A stretch of DNA of 64,000 nt from Macrostomum lignano (taxonomy: Eukaryota), in assembly GCA_002269645.1 (NCBI GenBank), contig NIVC01003786.1:1-64000 (forward strand), in the 5' to 3' direction. A program made the position numbers and the translations under genes. Below are positions 11,882 to 25,588 of this stretch, piece after piece. A model generated the notes under the pieces. That model ran no database searches. It worked only from the letters and a program-made list of their open reading frames with translations, and was not told the origin of the DNA. Numbering within the stretch: the stretch's first letter is position 1; every line of letters begins with the position of its first letter.

Positions 11882-14800
11882 ATCCACGCCTACACTTGAG
11901 GGTGAGTCAGACAGGCAGGCCCATTTGTTTGGAATTAGAGAACTCAAGCCCAAAATTTACCATAGCAAAGCAAAAAATATTTTTGACCATTATTCAGCAT
12001 CAGCAGTTTTAGTAAGGCAAAGCCTGTTTGTGAACATGTTTCGCGTGGTCCGTTTTTGTCGCTGGTATCTATGCTATTAGCGAACGCATAAAAATACGAG
12101 TCTACTACACATTTAGAGGTCAGCGGGCCAGTCCCAGACAGAAAGACAGGAGACAAACGTGTTTATGAGTTTTGCTAGAATTTTACAGGAGTAGCAGCAG
12201 CAGCAGCAACAAAGTTCGGACGAGCCTCTCTTAAAATCGGAGAAACCATAAAGCAAGCATTGGCACTTGGCAGTCAACAAGCTGCAGTCCCCACGGCCAG
12301 CAGGCCACTCACTGACTGGCCAGGCCCCCTACCAGCTACGGCACGCAGTGGTTTATCGCGCAGACCAGCGGCCGCCATGACTAAAAGAGATTTTAAAGAA
12401 GCCCGCGGCCAGCCAACATTACATTAGCTTTACAAATAGATTACGCCACGACAGTGCACTTTAGTTAGTCCAGCTTGCAAAACAGTTAGCATATATAGCC
12501 GGTCTCTAATATTTACCACAGATTTAGTGACGGGTGGAGGGCAGGACGGGGCAGAAAGAAATAGAAAGAGAATAAACGCAAATCGCTCTTAGCTGGGCCG
12601 TAGGGGTTCATCCAGGTTCAAACGAATCATGTGACTGGGCCTCCCTCGGCTGAGCGGGGGCCGGGGGTGACAGAGTACGCTGTGCGGGCTTATTTTTCTT
12701 ATTTTCGGGTCCGCTAGCCGTTTCACTTAGTCCGTTCCCGGAAAATGAGGTGGTGGGGCGCCACGCGCCTCACTTCAAACCCCAGCCAAGCCACCCACCC
12801 CAAGTCGCAAGCGTCTGATAGACTAGACAGGGGGTTTATTGGCGAGCGCCAACCTCAGACCAAGGGGTGTCTGCTACATTGCTAGAGTGTACATTCATCC
12901 GACCAGCATCCTATAGATAGAAGGGACTAGAATGTACAGTAAACTTGAGGATGGAGGGTAAGAGTTAAGATAAGTGCGTGTCTAGAGCAGAAAGAATAGA
13001 AAAAGAATTCCTTTCCTCTATCGCTTAATAAACACATTCTTGTGAGTCCTTACCGCACCGTACCATCTTCTTAATAGTGTTTACGCGCCAGACGGTTTTG
13101 AGTGGGTTGGTTGTTCTGAGGTTGACGGGCGGCGTATTGTGTACCCCCTACGCAAGGGTTGGGTTGAGTAACTTGAGTTTAGCAAGACTGAGCGGGGAAC
13201 AGTAGCGTATGCTTCTATTTATTCTGCCTTTCTTGCTTTTTCTTTCACGGATTAAAGAATTGAAATAGAGAAATTATTAGCTAGAAAATTAAGATTTCTC
13301 TCAGACTCAAAGCGCAAAGAAAATCGAATGGGGTATTATAACTCTCTCGATTGATTGAAGAGGAATTCTTTCTCCAATGTCTTGCTTTGAGAATCGGGTT
13401 GTGGCTTCCAATTCAGAGTTGCAGTACTAAGAAAGGTAGAAAATTTTTTTCAACAAACTAGAATTCAGGTCGTGGACTCGTGCAGTTGAATCTGGATCTT
13501 GAAGGCAATAACAGGCGCAGAGGCTCCATTCGGTTGCTGTTGATATCGCTTTTTAAGGCTTTCTAAATGCAGAATTCCTTCGTCATTGTCATCGTCAATT
13601 AACATTGCAATTGTCAATTAAACGCAAGTGTTAAATGTCTTTTCCATTTTGGTTGCTAACAATATTTTTTGCCAAGTTGCCAATGTCAAAAAGCTTCGGA
13701 TTGCATCCAAAATCCAAAGCAATGCATGAATTCATTTTTTGAAAGCGAAAATCTAATTTTAGCCCTATAGAAAAAAATATCATTTTGCTTTTCATACATT
13801 CGATGAGTTTGACAATGGGCCTTGGCTGCACTCTTCGACCCCGCCCTAACTCAAGTCATTCTTCTGGAATTGAACGCTCGAGCTCGTATCCTTGACAATC
13901 GGGATGTAAACGATATCTGGAGGCGACGGAGACTAATACTGGAGGGTCGAGTTGAGTGCAGAACAGAGTAGAGTCATGCAGCCCCCCTCCCCCAGCCTGC
14001 CACCCACGTGGCACGTGCTCTGCTGCCTGGCTTCTGTCCTTTCTCTCTCTGCATGGCGAATCGCTACAGCAATCGGCTGTCCCATAGGCCCATCTGTGCA
14101 GCTGGAGCCACGCCCACACAAGCTATACGGGGATTAGGGATATGGTCACGAATTAGCGAGACGGCATGGGAACTACCCCGAACTCGGGAAGATGAGAAAG
14201 CTGGCATGGCTAAACGGGATTTGGGCAAAGCAAGAAAATGGGAAATACAGGAGGCGGAGGCTCCATCCTGCATGCATCGCTGCTGCATGAGCTTATACCT
14301 GCCTCTCTTCAGTCCCGCATCGCATAGCGTTTCTGTTAGCTGCTTACAGGCGGTCCCTGCATTTAAGCTGGTGCTCCATCATTTACGCCCACCCCCACCA
14401 GCATCCAGCATGCCGACAATTGACTCCTGTTCCTTACATCCGCGTGTTAAGCCTCTCCATCAGCCTCCATGCATGCATGCAGCGCTTCGCTGTCCACTCT
14501 GCAGTGTCCACGGCGTCCTGTCAGTCTGTCTCTCTCTCTCTCCATCTCTCTGGCGCGAATGCGGCGAGCTAAGCTAAAAGTAGACTGGGGATTTCAGGGC
14601 AGATATCCGCATAGTTCTAATGCTCTATCTATAGTATCCCATGTTGTTAACTTGGCGTTGGTATGCCAATGCATACTATACCACATCCCAGGGATCTCTC
14701 TCTCTCTCTCTCTCTCTCTCTGGGGGGAGAGGCTTATGGGCGAGGGCCATGCAGAGAAAAGGGGAATACGAAGAGAGATTAGGCCCGTGGCATATAGGGG

Positions 14801-15859
14801 ATATGCAAGCACATCTCTATACGGAGAAAATATAATGATTAATGTGCAGGATAGAGTTCTGAAAGCAATGGACCATTGTGTCTGTAGTTGGCGTAATGCT
14901 TTTTCTACCTGCACGTCCCTGTAAATTAATTTTCCTGTGTTTTTTCTTCAGCGAAACTACAGCATTGCAGATTGTATCGCGCAGAATCGAAGAAAGTACG
15001 AAAATTGAAAAAAAAATTGGCCAGAAAAATTCTTGTGGCCTGGAAACTTTTTTATACACTGCCAGTGGCATCAACTATGCGGGGAACTGCCGCGAACTGG
15101 ATGTACTTTTAATTGGATTGGCTACACAGGCGAAACTGGGAGCGCCGGAATGAAAACAGACGTCAGCACGCCGGGATGAGGAAACCTATAGGGGTTACTG
15201 GGATGAATATTACATCCTCCTAATCCGGCCGCGGAATGCCCGCTGGTTGCCCAAATAAATCAACTTACACACGCACCGGGCACAGCGGCAGTTCAAAAGC
15301 AACTTATGCTCTCAGATAAAGTAGCTGGATGGAGTAAGAAAATATGCAGCAGCAGCTCCCTCCCTCCTCTTCCCAAATGTTGGAATATGAACGGAGAGTT
15401 TTATTAACCCATAACAGCTACCCCAGCCCCTCCCGCCCGACCTTGCAAAGTTCCAGTTTGACTTTGGGAATATTGGGGTCGGGGATGTGGGGGAGGGATT
15501 TTATTGTCGCCCGCCAGGCAGCCATTCTGCTTTTGCAGGCATGGATCCTCTCTTGAAACTTCCATTGCAGGGACCCCCGCGCTACTGAGCTTAAACCGTT
15601 GCCTTTCTGATTCAAAAAGGAATGGCTAAACCAGTTATGGCTCTGATAGGGCTCTGCGGGGTGTCTTTGAGTTGACCTTGAGCCTGCTGGTTTGATCGGC
15701 AAGTAAAACTGATCAGCTTAGTCACGTGCGCCTGGGAATTCGATTTGTGAGCCACCTGCCTGGCGAAAAATGTCAAGTTGAACTTGAATTGAATGAGCTT
15801 ACTTAAGACGAAAATGTCAAATTGTCAAATATCCAAACGGATCCAAAGCCATTTTGAAT

Positions 15860-16338
15860 CTATCTATGGGATGCTACTTTGAACTCTATGGGATGCCATT
15901 TTGATTCTATGGGATGCCATTTTGATTCTATGGGATGCCATTTTGATTCTATGGGATACCATTTTTTTCTATGGGATGCCATTTTGATTCTATGGGATGC
16001 TACTTTAAACTCTATGGGATGCCATTTTGATTCTATGGGATGCCATTTTGATTCTATGGGATGCCATCTTGATTCTATGGGAAGCCTTTTGATTCTATGG
16101 GATGCCATTTTGATTCTATGGGATGCCATTTGAAATCTATGGGATGCTATTTTGAAATCTATGGGATGCCATCTTGATTCTATGGGAAGCCATTTTGATT
16201 CTATGGGTTGCCATTTTGTAATCTATGGGATGCCCTTTTGATTCTATGGGATGCCCTTTTGATTCTATGGGATGCCATTTTGAATCTATGGGATGCCATT
16301 TTGAATCTTTGGAATTGCCATTTTGATTCTATGGGATG
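15860..16338 (+). repeat. 21-bp minisatellite (ATTTTGATTCTATGGGATGCC), about 22 units
   Basis: Directly visible array. Confidence 0.95.
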
Positions 16339-17809
16339 CCGAACGACGATTTCTCATAATAAACAAAGTCAGTGGGTTACGCGATATAGAAGTTACACGA
16401 TCAGCCCTGCAGCAGCTGTGAGTAAACAGCGCAATGTAATCTGTTTGGACTGCTCTCTAGCAGGTATATTTACAAATAATTCAACAATAGCGGGCATCGA
16501 GGCAGTTCGAAAAGCAAAACACGATGGATATTTAAATAACAAGAAAGATAGAAAAAAACAACTTGTGGGAGCTCTGAAGTTCTGCTTTCCATAGCTGCAG
16601 TTATGTACAGATGGGAGACGGGGAGTTGATGGACAGGTACTGAGGCTGCGCGCCAAGGTGTTCTGTGTACTTATCAACGCAATAGCTCAACTTTCTGACA
16701 GCCAATCAAAACAGCGCGCAATCGATGACGCTAACAATGAATGAATGCTACAGGGGTGGGTTAATTTTCTACGGATCAAAAAATACCAAAAAAGTGAACA
16801 GCTCTCAAGTTTAAAGCGACAAATCTGCTTGTGCAATCGAAAAGAAGAGCCCTGAGAGAATGAGGGGGCGGGCAATGCAAGGAAATTTGTGCAAGGCTCC
16901 GGGAGAGGAAATGTCTGAAAACTAAGCCAAGGTCGTTCAGTTCGAGGCTGCAGGCTGGTAGAGAACGCGGTGGTTGTGAGGGTTAAGACTGCAAGCTATC
17001 AGATTCTGCTTCAAGGGCGGAGTCCGGATTCTGTGACAAATCTCGGAGGAGTTTTGCCCGGATGAAAAAAGCAGAAGAGGCAGTTCGCGTATTGAAGCAG
17101 ATAACACGCGAGGCCGATACTGAGAGTGGCAGAACTGCTTGCTGCTTTCCCAAAGAAACAAAGGACAGAGGGACAGAGTGTGTTAAGCCGGCAGAACTCT
17201 TGGACCTTTCCACATCTAGGCAAAATAATACGAACTGTGTAGCAAAGCGGAGAAAATAACAATTCACATTTATAATCAATAATAATAATAATATAATATG
17301 ATCGACGCGAATCACCGGCGAAAAAGCGCTAATTAACAAGTGAAAAATTAATATATGGAGATGGCTGGGCAATTACTGGTACAGGTGAGAGAACTCCTTG
17401 ACTTGATTTAAGCATTGAATTAAATCAATTATTGTTATTATTGCACGAGAATGGAGAGGACAGTGAAATTGTACCTCAGAACTTAGGTTCCTGTGCCTGC
17501 AGTCTGTATGTACAGCAAAGTCGCAGAAGCAGTTAGATGAATTATTTTTAGGGCACAATGGTTCACAAAATATTGTTATGATGATGATACTCCCGTCGCA
17601 TGGATAGCAAACAAGTGAAACAATAATAACAATAATTGTACTGATAATATTGAGACGGCTGTCTCTGTCTTTCTCTGTCGTGTGTACCGAGATGACGCAA
17701 AGCCTGTTAAAAATAATATAACAACTTATTATTAATTATACTGACAACAGAAACAAAACAAACGATCGCTTGTTAAAAGATGGCAACGAAAGAAACTCCA
17801 TTAAAATCT

Positions 17810-19010
17810 TCACTGCTCAGCGGCGGTAGCAGAGGAGGCGGTGGCGGTCTCGATCTCGATCTCAAGGGCAGGCGGGGAGCTCGGCGCTTCCGGCCGAGTT
17901 GACTTCGCCTCAGAAGCGGCTGCGGCGGCGCTCAGCGCCAGTTTCAGGCTGTCCCGCTCCTCTTCCAGGCTGCGCAGCTCTTCTTTCTGTGCCGTGTACT
18001 TCATCCGGAGCCGGCGCACGTCGGGCGAGCCCTGCTCCTCCAGCTGGCGCCGCATCTTGGCGGACTCGGCCTCCAGCTGCACAACACGGGAGGCCTGGCC
18101 GCGAAGCCGGTTGAGCTGCCCAACTAGACAGTCGATGTGATTCCTGTAGCCGGTTTTCACTTTCTCAACCATGGCCAGGAATTGCGGCGTGGCCTTCTCT
18201 GGTAGGTGGCCCTCGCCCCAGTCGGTGAGAGACTCCCAGTCTGCGGCAATCGTCTCTGCGAAGGAAAGGAAAAGTACATTTGAAATAGCTAGATTAGACA
18301 GCGGCAAGCAATATATAATTGGGCCGGACTAGACAATGTACGCACGTGGTAGAAATCACGTGATGTGCGGAGCGGGGGCAGGAATTAGGATGGCTAGTGT
18401 ACATTACAAAAGGCTGGAGTGGGGTTGGTGTCGGGTTAAGATAAGAGACGTACATTTAGGTGCGACGAAAAACTTTTATCGATCTTACTAATCGAATGAG
18501 CTTTTCTCTTCACTCACCTTCAATACTGGCGGCGTCCTCTTCCATCCGTTCAGCAGCTGCGGCAACCGCGGCGCTGACTGCGGCTGTGGCGGCTGCAGCC
18601 CCGGCCGGTGTGCAGACTTGCGAGGAGCTCCTGTTGACAGCGGCAGCGGGAGCTAGGCGCACATTCGGAGTGTAGTCTCGATGAGTCTGGCGCTGCTGCT
18701 GCTCAGTGTTGGCAACCGGAGAAGCCAGCTTCTTTGGGTAGTTGGAGCTGCTGCTGAGCAGTACAGCGCCGGCACCATTGTCGGCTCCCGGCCTCAGATG
18801 TGGAGGCGCCAGTTTGGCGCCGCTAAAATAAAATTAAATGATAAATATATATCGTTTTTTCTTTTTAAATACGGATGCTTCAGACAAGGCAGGACATAAG
18901 CAATTGCGTGGGTGTGCAGTTTGATGCTGCAGTAAATTGCAATTATTTTATTAACTAACCCAGTCGCGACGTCTGGCGGCAGTGGGACGACAAATTTCGA
19001 GACAGTAGTG

Positions 19011-19049
<39 letters not shown>

Positions 19050-20368
19050 AAGTCTGCCACAGGTTTAGCCTCAAGTTTGTAGCGCTTGGCAGGGTCTGGA
19101 CAGCCGGAAATGACAGTACCGGATGTTGACTGCTGCTGCTGAAAATTGAAAAATTGAATTGATGCCACTTCATGATTACGAGCGTAAACTTTGCTGTTGT
19201 GAGCTTGCTAAGGCAGTTGTTGCGAAAGTAATATTGCATAATATGCTTCAACGTAGCTAGTAGCTATGCTCACCTGGGGCCGCTTGCGATCAAATTTAGC
19301 CTTGACGCCGTCGAGCACTTTCTCCAGGCAGGCGCGCTCGCTGTCCGCCAAGCAACCGTCGGCGGCGGAGTCGGTCAGCCGCTTGTCCAACTGCAGGTAG
19401 AGCCGCCACTTGGTCGAGTCGAAGCCCCAGTGGCAGGTCTCCCGCTCCTGCCGGGTGTGCGCATGGCCAACGAACTGGGCAGGCGAGAGCAACGCCTGGC
19501 AGCCATTGGGCCCGTTGCACAAGATGCACGGAGCGTCCGGACTGGTGTACAGGCGTGGTATGAGGAAGCCGCGCTGCTTCCCGAAGCAGGTGTGATAAAC
19601 CCCGATGCCGTCCTCGTCCGTGGGGCTGCCGCGGAATTTCGGCAGCTCGCTGTTCAGCAAGGCTTTGCAAAGTCGTTCGGCGTTGGACTTGGTGATGAGG
19701 CCGCAGCTCTCCAGCACCGGGCCGAACACTTTTCGCTCCTTAAGAACGCTCATCTGCTGGCTGTTGCATCTGTCGCAGAAGATGTTGAGATCCTCGCACA
19801 CTCGATTGATGTCAGTTAGGGTGGCGCCAGCGCATAGCAGCACTTTGTTGAGCACCTGCGGCAGGCACAGTCGCTTCTCGCCACCAACGTCGAATGCAAA
19901 AATTGACTTGCCTTCGAGCGTTGTCTCCACCAGTTCGCCTGTTAATTGGCTCGGCGGAGCTGGTGCAGCTGCCGGGCGATTGTGTTGACTAGGATGAACA
20001 TGTCGATGGCTGCTCTCAGCTTCCGATGATTGCTGCCTGCCATTGCTGCTGCCTGGCAACGGGACCATAGACGAATGAGCGGCTGGCGGCTGACGAGAGT
20101 CGACACACGAAAACTGAGTTGTCGGCGAAGGTTGCGACGCACCTAATAGTCTGGCGTTGAGTATGCTTCCAGTTGGCGCCACAGTCTGCTGCGGCGGCAG
20201 ACGGAGCTGAGGCATGGCGATGCTGGGTAAGTAGTAGTTCGGAGTTGGCGGCATGCTGCCAGGTCTCATGGAGGCTGCCGCGGCGGCGTAACCCTGCATC
20301 GTCTGCAGCATGGACAGCGAGGCTGCCTGTGCGATTAGGTTGAAGCTGCCTGGGACCGATGAGTTCAT
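17810..20368 (-). CDS. SKI: SKI/SnoN family transcriptional co-repressor (Dachshund-homology domain + SAND-like domain + C-terminal coiled coil), 4 exons, ~674 aa
   Basis: Exons 20368-19274, 19138-18960, 18822-18518, 18255-17810 (GT-AG, phase-consistent). Motifs: ETTLEGKSIFAFDVGGEKRLCLPQVL, CGLITKSNAERLC, VYHTCFGKQRG, FVGHAH, TCHWGFDSTKWRLYL, YTPNVRLAP. Confidence 0.95.
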
Positions 20369-23300
20369 TATCAGTTTCTTCTGCTGGTCTTCTGACTCTT
20401 ACAGTTACACAGTTCGTTTTCAAAATTAACGAACAAACAGCACTTGTTTCAGTTTTGAAAAAAGAAGCGGCAGCTCTTGGAAAGAGCTTTTAGAAAACAA
20501 TTCAAAGGGGCAAAATAGTGGAGGACAAGGGCAGAAAATATGGGGAAGCGGATTAAAGGGCTGCGGGGGTTTTGCTATGACAGCGGGCCACTAAGCCTTA
20601 TATGTTAAGCCCGTCTAGTCTCTCTTACCTTTAGATTTAGACTTCTCTCCTGACTTCAGGCCGCACAATACGCTCTGTAATATAAGCGTGCACTCGCCTA
20701 GACTTGTTGGGGGCGCTGGGGTGGGGTAAGTGGGGTGGGCGGTCTGGCCAGAGACGGGCAGAGAGGACTGGAATAGGGGTGGCTGATATTTTTGCCAGCC
20801 AGTTACGAGACAGACTGAGATCGATGGCTTGGGGAAGGCGGGTGCAGTGTGGGTTGAGGCCCGCCGCCTGTCTGGAGAAGGCGCCGACAACAGACAGACA
20901 AGTGAATCTAGTTAGAAAAATCCATGTATATTTTTGTTGTAATTTCGTGATTATTTCAGTGTTAAAGCAACAAAATGAATATCCAATGCTATCAGCTGGT
21001 AAGGTCACCTCAGCGCTATGCTTTGGTAAACACAAATTTAGTTTCTTTTGCGTCATTTACTAATAATAGGCAAAAACGGCACATTTTTGTATGACTAATT
21101 GCCACAAGTGCTTATTACCATAGATTGGCCTACTATAAGTAGAACTACACGGCCCAGTGTAGAAAATTAGCGATGGGACGATTCGGAGTTCGAGACTCGG
21201 CCAAAAGAACACATGGACACATCACATGCCAGATAGCTTAGCCTATGCTTTTAATTAGCGTGCTGCGACTACAATTAGCATTTGACAATCATTAGGTTGC
21301 TGAACTTTCTACTTGTTTGCACCCCTGAGTCCTGGTGCGAAGCAAATCTTTATAATTGTGAACCGACAGACGACTGAAAATACGCCCTAGCCCTTGTTGA
21401 TTTGTGCCTGTGCGGCTTATCTAAATTTACATTGCAACCGAAGCTAACGAATTGAAATAATATGTGACTGCTAGCTGCGGTTCGTTTAACCTCGTCTAAA
21501 CTTGGCTTTCCCTGGCTCTAATCGCTAAAGCCGCCAAAGCCAAGCCCAAACAAAGAGACGTTTAATGGGACAGAAAAAAGAAATGGGAGATTATATGTGC
21601 AAACAGATGTTCCAGCTGGGGCAAATGGGCTTCACGTAAGATCCTAGCTTAGCCTTCGAGCGTAAACCTGTGCACCCGCCTCTTTGCTTTATGCAGCAAA
21701 AACCGCAAGAAAGAAAACCAACTTGGGCCAATTACTGTCTAGTAAAAGAAGATAGTGCAATGCAAGCTTATACTTAGTGCTTTCGTGTTGTTTGTAATTT
21801 GAGTGACACACACTGAAATACGAAAAGCGGTATTAAAAGCTAGAAAATTTAGAGTGGAGCAGCCAATAAAGTCTGGAAGCTAACAAAACAAATACACATA
21901 AAAATGTTAAGACACGTTCTTTAAACGGTGAATAATAACAATAAATTTAGACACACGACGAGCATTTTTACTTGCACCCGGTCGCCTGACTGCTTTTGGC
22001 TAAACAAGCTCCGAACTTGTTTTCCCTCGAGTCTGGGGCTAAATCGATAGGATAGATAAATAATTCAACTGCAGCACTCAGCCAATTACCAAAAATAACA
22101 AGGGGTCTGTATTATTATATTCGGAGCCCGCCGCTTTCCCTTATCAGGACAGGCCAAGCACAGTGAGGGTCTGCGCTTGCACCCATATCAGTGCCTGATA
22201 ATATTGCAATAATACAACCAACCCCAACCGCCTCCAATTAAACTAAACTAATATGCTTTTTGGTGCTGAAAAAGCTAACATTGTATGCGTGCGCATTTTA
22301 AAATAATGTCATATTATCAAGTTTGTCAGAGCGGGCAATTACGACTTAGCTTGTGCAATGTACGAGCGTACACGGGCAGAAAATCTGTTCAAAACTGCAT
22401 TGAACAATCCCTGGATGCCGTGTCTCTGTATAAAACGAACTCGTCTATTGAATACTAATAAGTAGTATCAGGAGTGTACGCACATGCGATGCTGAGCGGG
22501 TGAGGGTCCTTTCACTAATCCGAATTTTCACCCGAATGTCGAAAGACGCTGTCTTTCATAAGCCAGAAATTTCAAGCCTGAAATGAAATTTCGGGTTCGT
22601 GAAATTTCGGGTTCGTGAAATTTCGGCTTTGTAAAATTTCGGGTTCGTTAAATTTCAGTTTCGTGAAATTTCGTGTCTATGAAAGCGCCACGCTGAGCGA
22701 AGTAAAGCGTTTCATTAGCTCGAAATTTTACAACTTTTATTCGCGAGCTCACGCATAACTCGCAATAACACGATGATGTACCCGCAAAAATTCGATCATT
22801 TGAAGTTACGAGCTTCTGAATGCAACTCACTCGAGGCAAATACATGTAGCGACACAAAGTAATGAAAGGCAATAAAAAGAACTTCAACTTTCAATGGCTA
22901 TGTCTGATATATCTCTCCCCCTGTTTGTAACCTTCATCGTGTCGTGTCTCCTCTCCTTTTCTCTCACCCTCTTCTTTTGCACCTTCACCCAGCTGGCATA
23001 CCATACATGAACATGTACATGTACGCCCAAATGTCAATACTGAAGCCTTGAAAGAATGCATATAAGGTAAGATACACGCTTTGCAGATAGAGTGAGGGAG
23101 ATAGGCTTACTGACAGATGGACGCCGCTGACTTCCGAATATCCTCATTCCCGTTGTTCCCTTCAACTTTTCTGCCTATATTGTTCGAACAACACGTGCAA
23201 GGAGACATGCAGCGGGTTTGAAATTGGAATCCTGGATCCTAAGTGTGGCTTATTCTCTGAAAAAATAGCAAAAAGTGAAGCAGCTGCATATAGAAGCAGG

Positions 23301-23879
23301 AAAGTCCATCATGTCCTGCTCTCTTCTTTCCCCTAGAAGCAATTATTTCTTGTTTTCTTGGGTTAGATTTGGTGAAGTTTCAAAAAGTTGGTTAAAAAAC
23401 GCTAACTGCACTGCTATTGAAAATGGTTTGCAGCAGTTCTGCTGCAAGTACTAGAAAAATCCCTATATGCACTTCAGTCTGTCAATGATGCATTGTTTTC
23501 GCTATTAACCTCGCTTTGATCGAGTACAACGGCATAGTGCTTCTTGGCCAGAAACTTCATGACACTCATGAAGTTTCGAGCTTGTGAAGTTTCAAGCCTC
23601 GCTTTCTCTGATATGATCAATATTTAAATTAGGTCGAAATCTGAGAAAAATAGCTAAATCACCTGACCTTTCCGTTAAATAGCCTTAAATTAAGTCTGCA
23701 CGTGTTGGTTGGTATATGTTAACCTTGTAAACACGGTGTACACGTAAGCCTGCCTTCTTCTGGGCACATCAATAACGGTCACAACCACAAGAAAGGCTAA
23801 AGTGTGACATACATGAAAGCCCCAACCCGTGATCACAAAGATCACGTGGCAATTCACCTGCTCAGTTTAAAAAAAGGTC

Positions 23880-24151
23880 CTCCCGCTTTGTCCCCCCACC
23901 CCAGCTTGTGTCACGTTGTGGTAATCAATAATTTTTCTTCAGGGCGCTAAAATATAGCGCCTCCGGCGCCAAAATGAGTGCTTGCGGCGCCAAAATGAGT
24001 GCTTGCGGCGCCAAAATGAGTACCTGCGGCGCCAAAATGAGCGCTGACAACAAGCAAATAGAAATGTAGGAATTTAGTCATGTACATGTATACTTTGTTG
24101 AATTCTTGGTTTTGTCCCCCTCTACCATGAAATCCATGGCGCGACGCCCTG
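23880..24151 (-). mobile_element. MITE copy (one end degraded) of the same family as 40305-40838, carrying 21-bp GGCGCCAAAATGAGTGC repeats
   Basis: Reverse complement begins CAGGGCGTCGCGCCATGGATTTCATGGTAG, matching the left end of the 40305 element. The internal repeat and adjacent sequence are also shared. No second TIR found. Confidence 0.6.
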
Positions 24152-24235
24152 CTTTCTTGTATATATAGAACAGGGGTCAAAGGCAAGGTGAAGAATCCAG
24201 CTCAAGGTTGTGGACTGGGTGAGATGAGAGAGGTC

Positions 24236-24425
24236 TTTACCCTGGGTCTTTACCCTCCTGAATCCGCCCCTGGTTTTTTACCCTCCAGAATCAGCCCCCT
24301 GGGTCTTTACCCTCCAGTATCTGCTCCACTGGGTCTTTACCCTCCAGAATCCGCCCCCTAGGTCTTTACCCTCCAGAATCCGCCCCCTGCGTCTTTACCC
24401 TCCAGAATCCGCCCCTGGGTCTTAC
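24236..24425 (+). repeat. ~29-30-bp tandem repeat (GGGTCTTTACCCTCCAGAATCCGCCCCT), about 6 units
   Basis: Visible array. The unit ends in GAATCCGCCCCTG, which resembles a MITE terminus. Confidence 0.85.
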
Positions 24426-25588
24426 TAAGTTACTACATTTGTACTCCCGTTGTTGGCCCGCCACCACCTCACTTTCCTTCGCCGCCAGTTCCCCTATTTC
24501 TATTCTATTCGAAAGTTGGAACTTATGTGCAGTCTGTCTTCTAGAGTTTGTAAACAGCCACTTACACGATCAGTTCGTGTCTCATTACTAATTTGTCATT
24601 GAAGTTGGCAATTGAGGAAAGAAATTCCCCATTTTAGTGCACAAAACTTTTGTGGGAGAAACAATGAAGTTGCAATAAAGGTGCGGGCCGCATAGAAAGT
24701 CTGCGAGCCAACCTTGGGACAGTATACCCCATTCAAGTGCAGAATTCAATATCGACAATCAGAAAAAAGGCTCGCCCAGATTGGGGTTGGGCGGAGACAG
24801 ATCCCACGGTGCAGAGTGGATGCTGCAGGTGCACAGTTGGGTATGCTTCGTCTGAACCAGGGACTGCTAAAACTTTTCTGTGTGGACTGGAAACCAGTCT
24901 GTAATAATCCCCTGAAGGTTTTTACACATAGAAGAAACTGGCAGACAAACCATGAGACCTGTTTCATTTCGTTCGGAAAAGCTACGATTAATGAAAGCTT
25001 GAAAAACGGCAAACCGATTTCTTTTTTGGAAAAAGTGCTACGTGAAACTTCTTTCAAGAAAATGCTTTATTTATTACGCAATGCATCTAGCTTTGCTGGA
25101 TAAAACTTTTTAGCTGAATTCGTCCGTGGAGATAGTGTAATTCGCACTTTTTTACCGGCTTATCGCTACATCTCTTCAGCGTAAAAGCAAAAAACGGGCC
25201 TTTCCCCTCTGTTCGCTTCCAGTCCAGTCCAGTGCTGGGTAGCGCTATAGGAGTCCTTGGTCCTCTAGCCTACCGAATGGCAAACGGACTGGCTGTTCGT
25301 TCGTCTTCTGCGGCCAAAAAGCCGAGGCGAGAGACCAATAATATTTTCCACTGGAGCCTCCGCGGTCCGCACTCTCCAATGGATGCGGTGCTGGACGTTC
25401 GGGTGGTTGACTGCAGGAGGTTTCCGGGTCAGAGAGGACGGAGGGGAGAAGGAGCGGAAGGGGAAGAGATAGATAAGGAAAGCATTGCTTCTCCCATCCC
25501 CAGGCCCAGAGGCACACGTGTAGCAGCATGTTAAAACCCCCCTCTTCCCAAATTTTCTAGGCAATGATTCACCCGCGCACCGGAGGAC

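Noticed and set aside
13400-17400. Short ORFs that might be decayed transposon coding sequence (e.g. RPVAY-like at ~14780, ORFs at 13631 and 17062)
   Set aside because: No convincing RT, integrase or transposase motif, and no termini recognisable by eye.
22555-23600. GAAATTTCGGGTTCGT repeats and related GAAACTTCA motifs (also ~27855) as a MITE
   Set aside because: Related fragments are visible, but matching TIRs and a TSD could not be defined.
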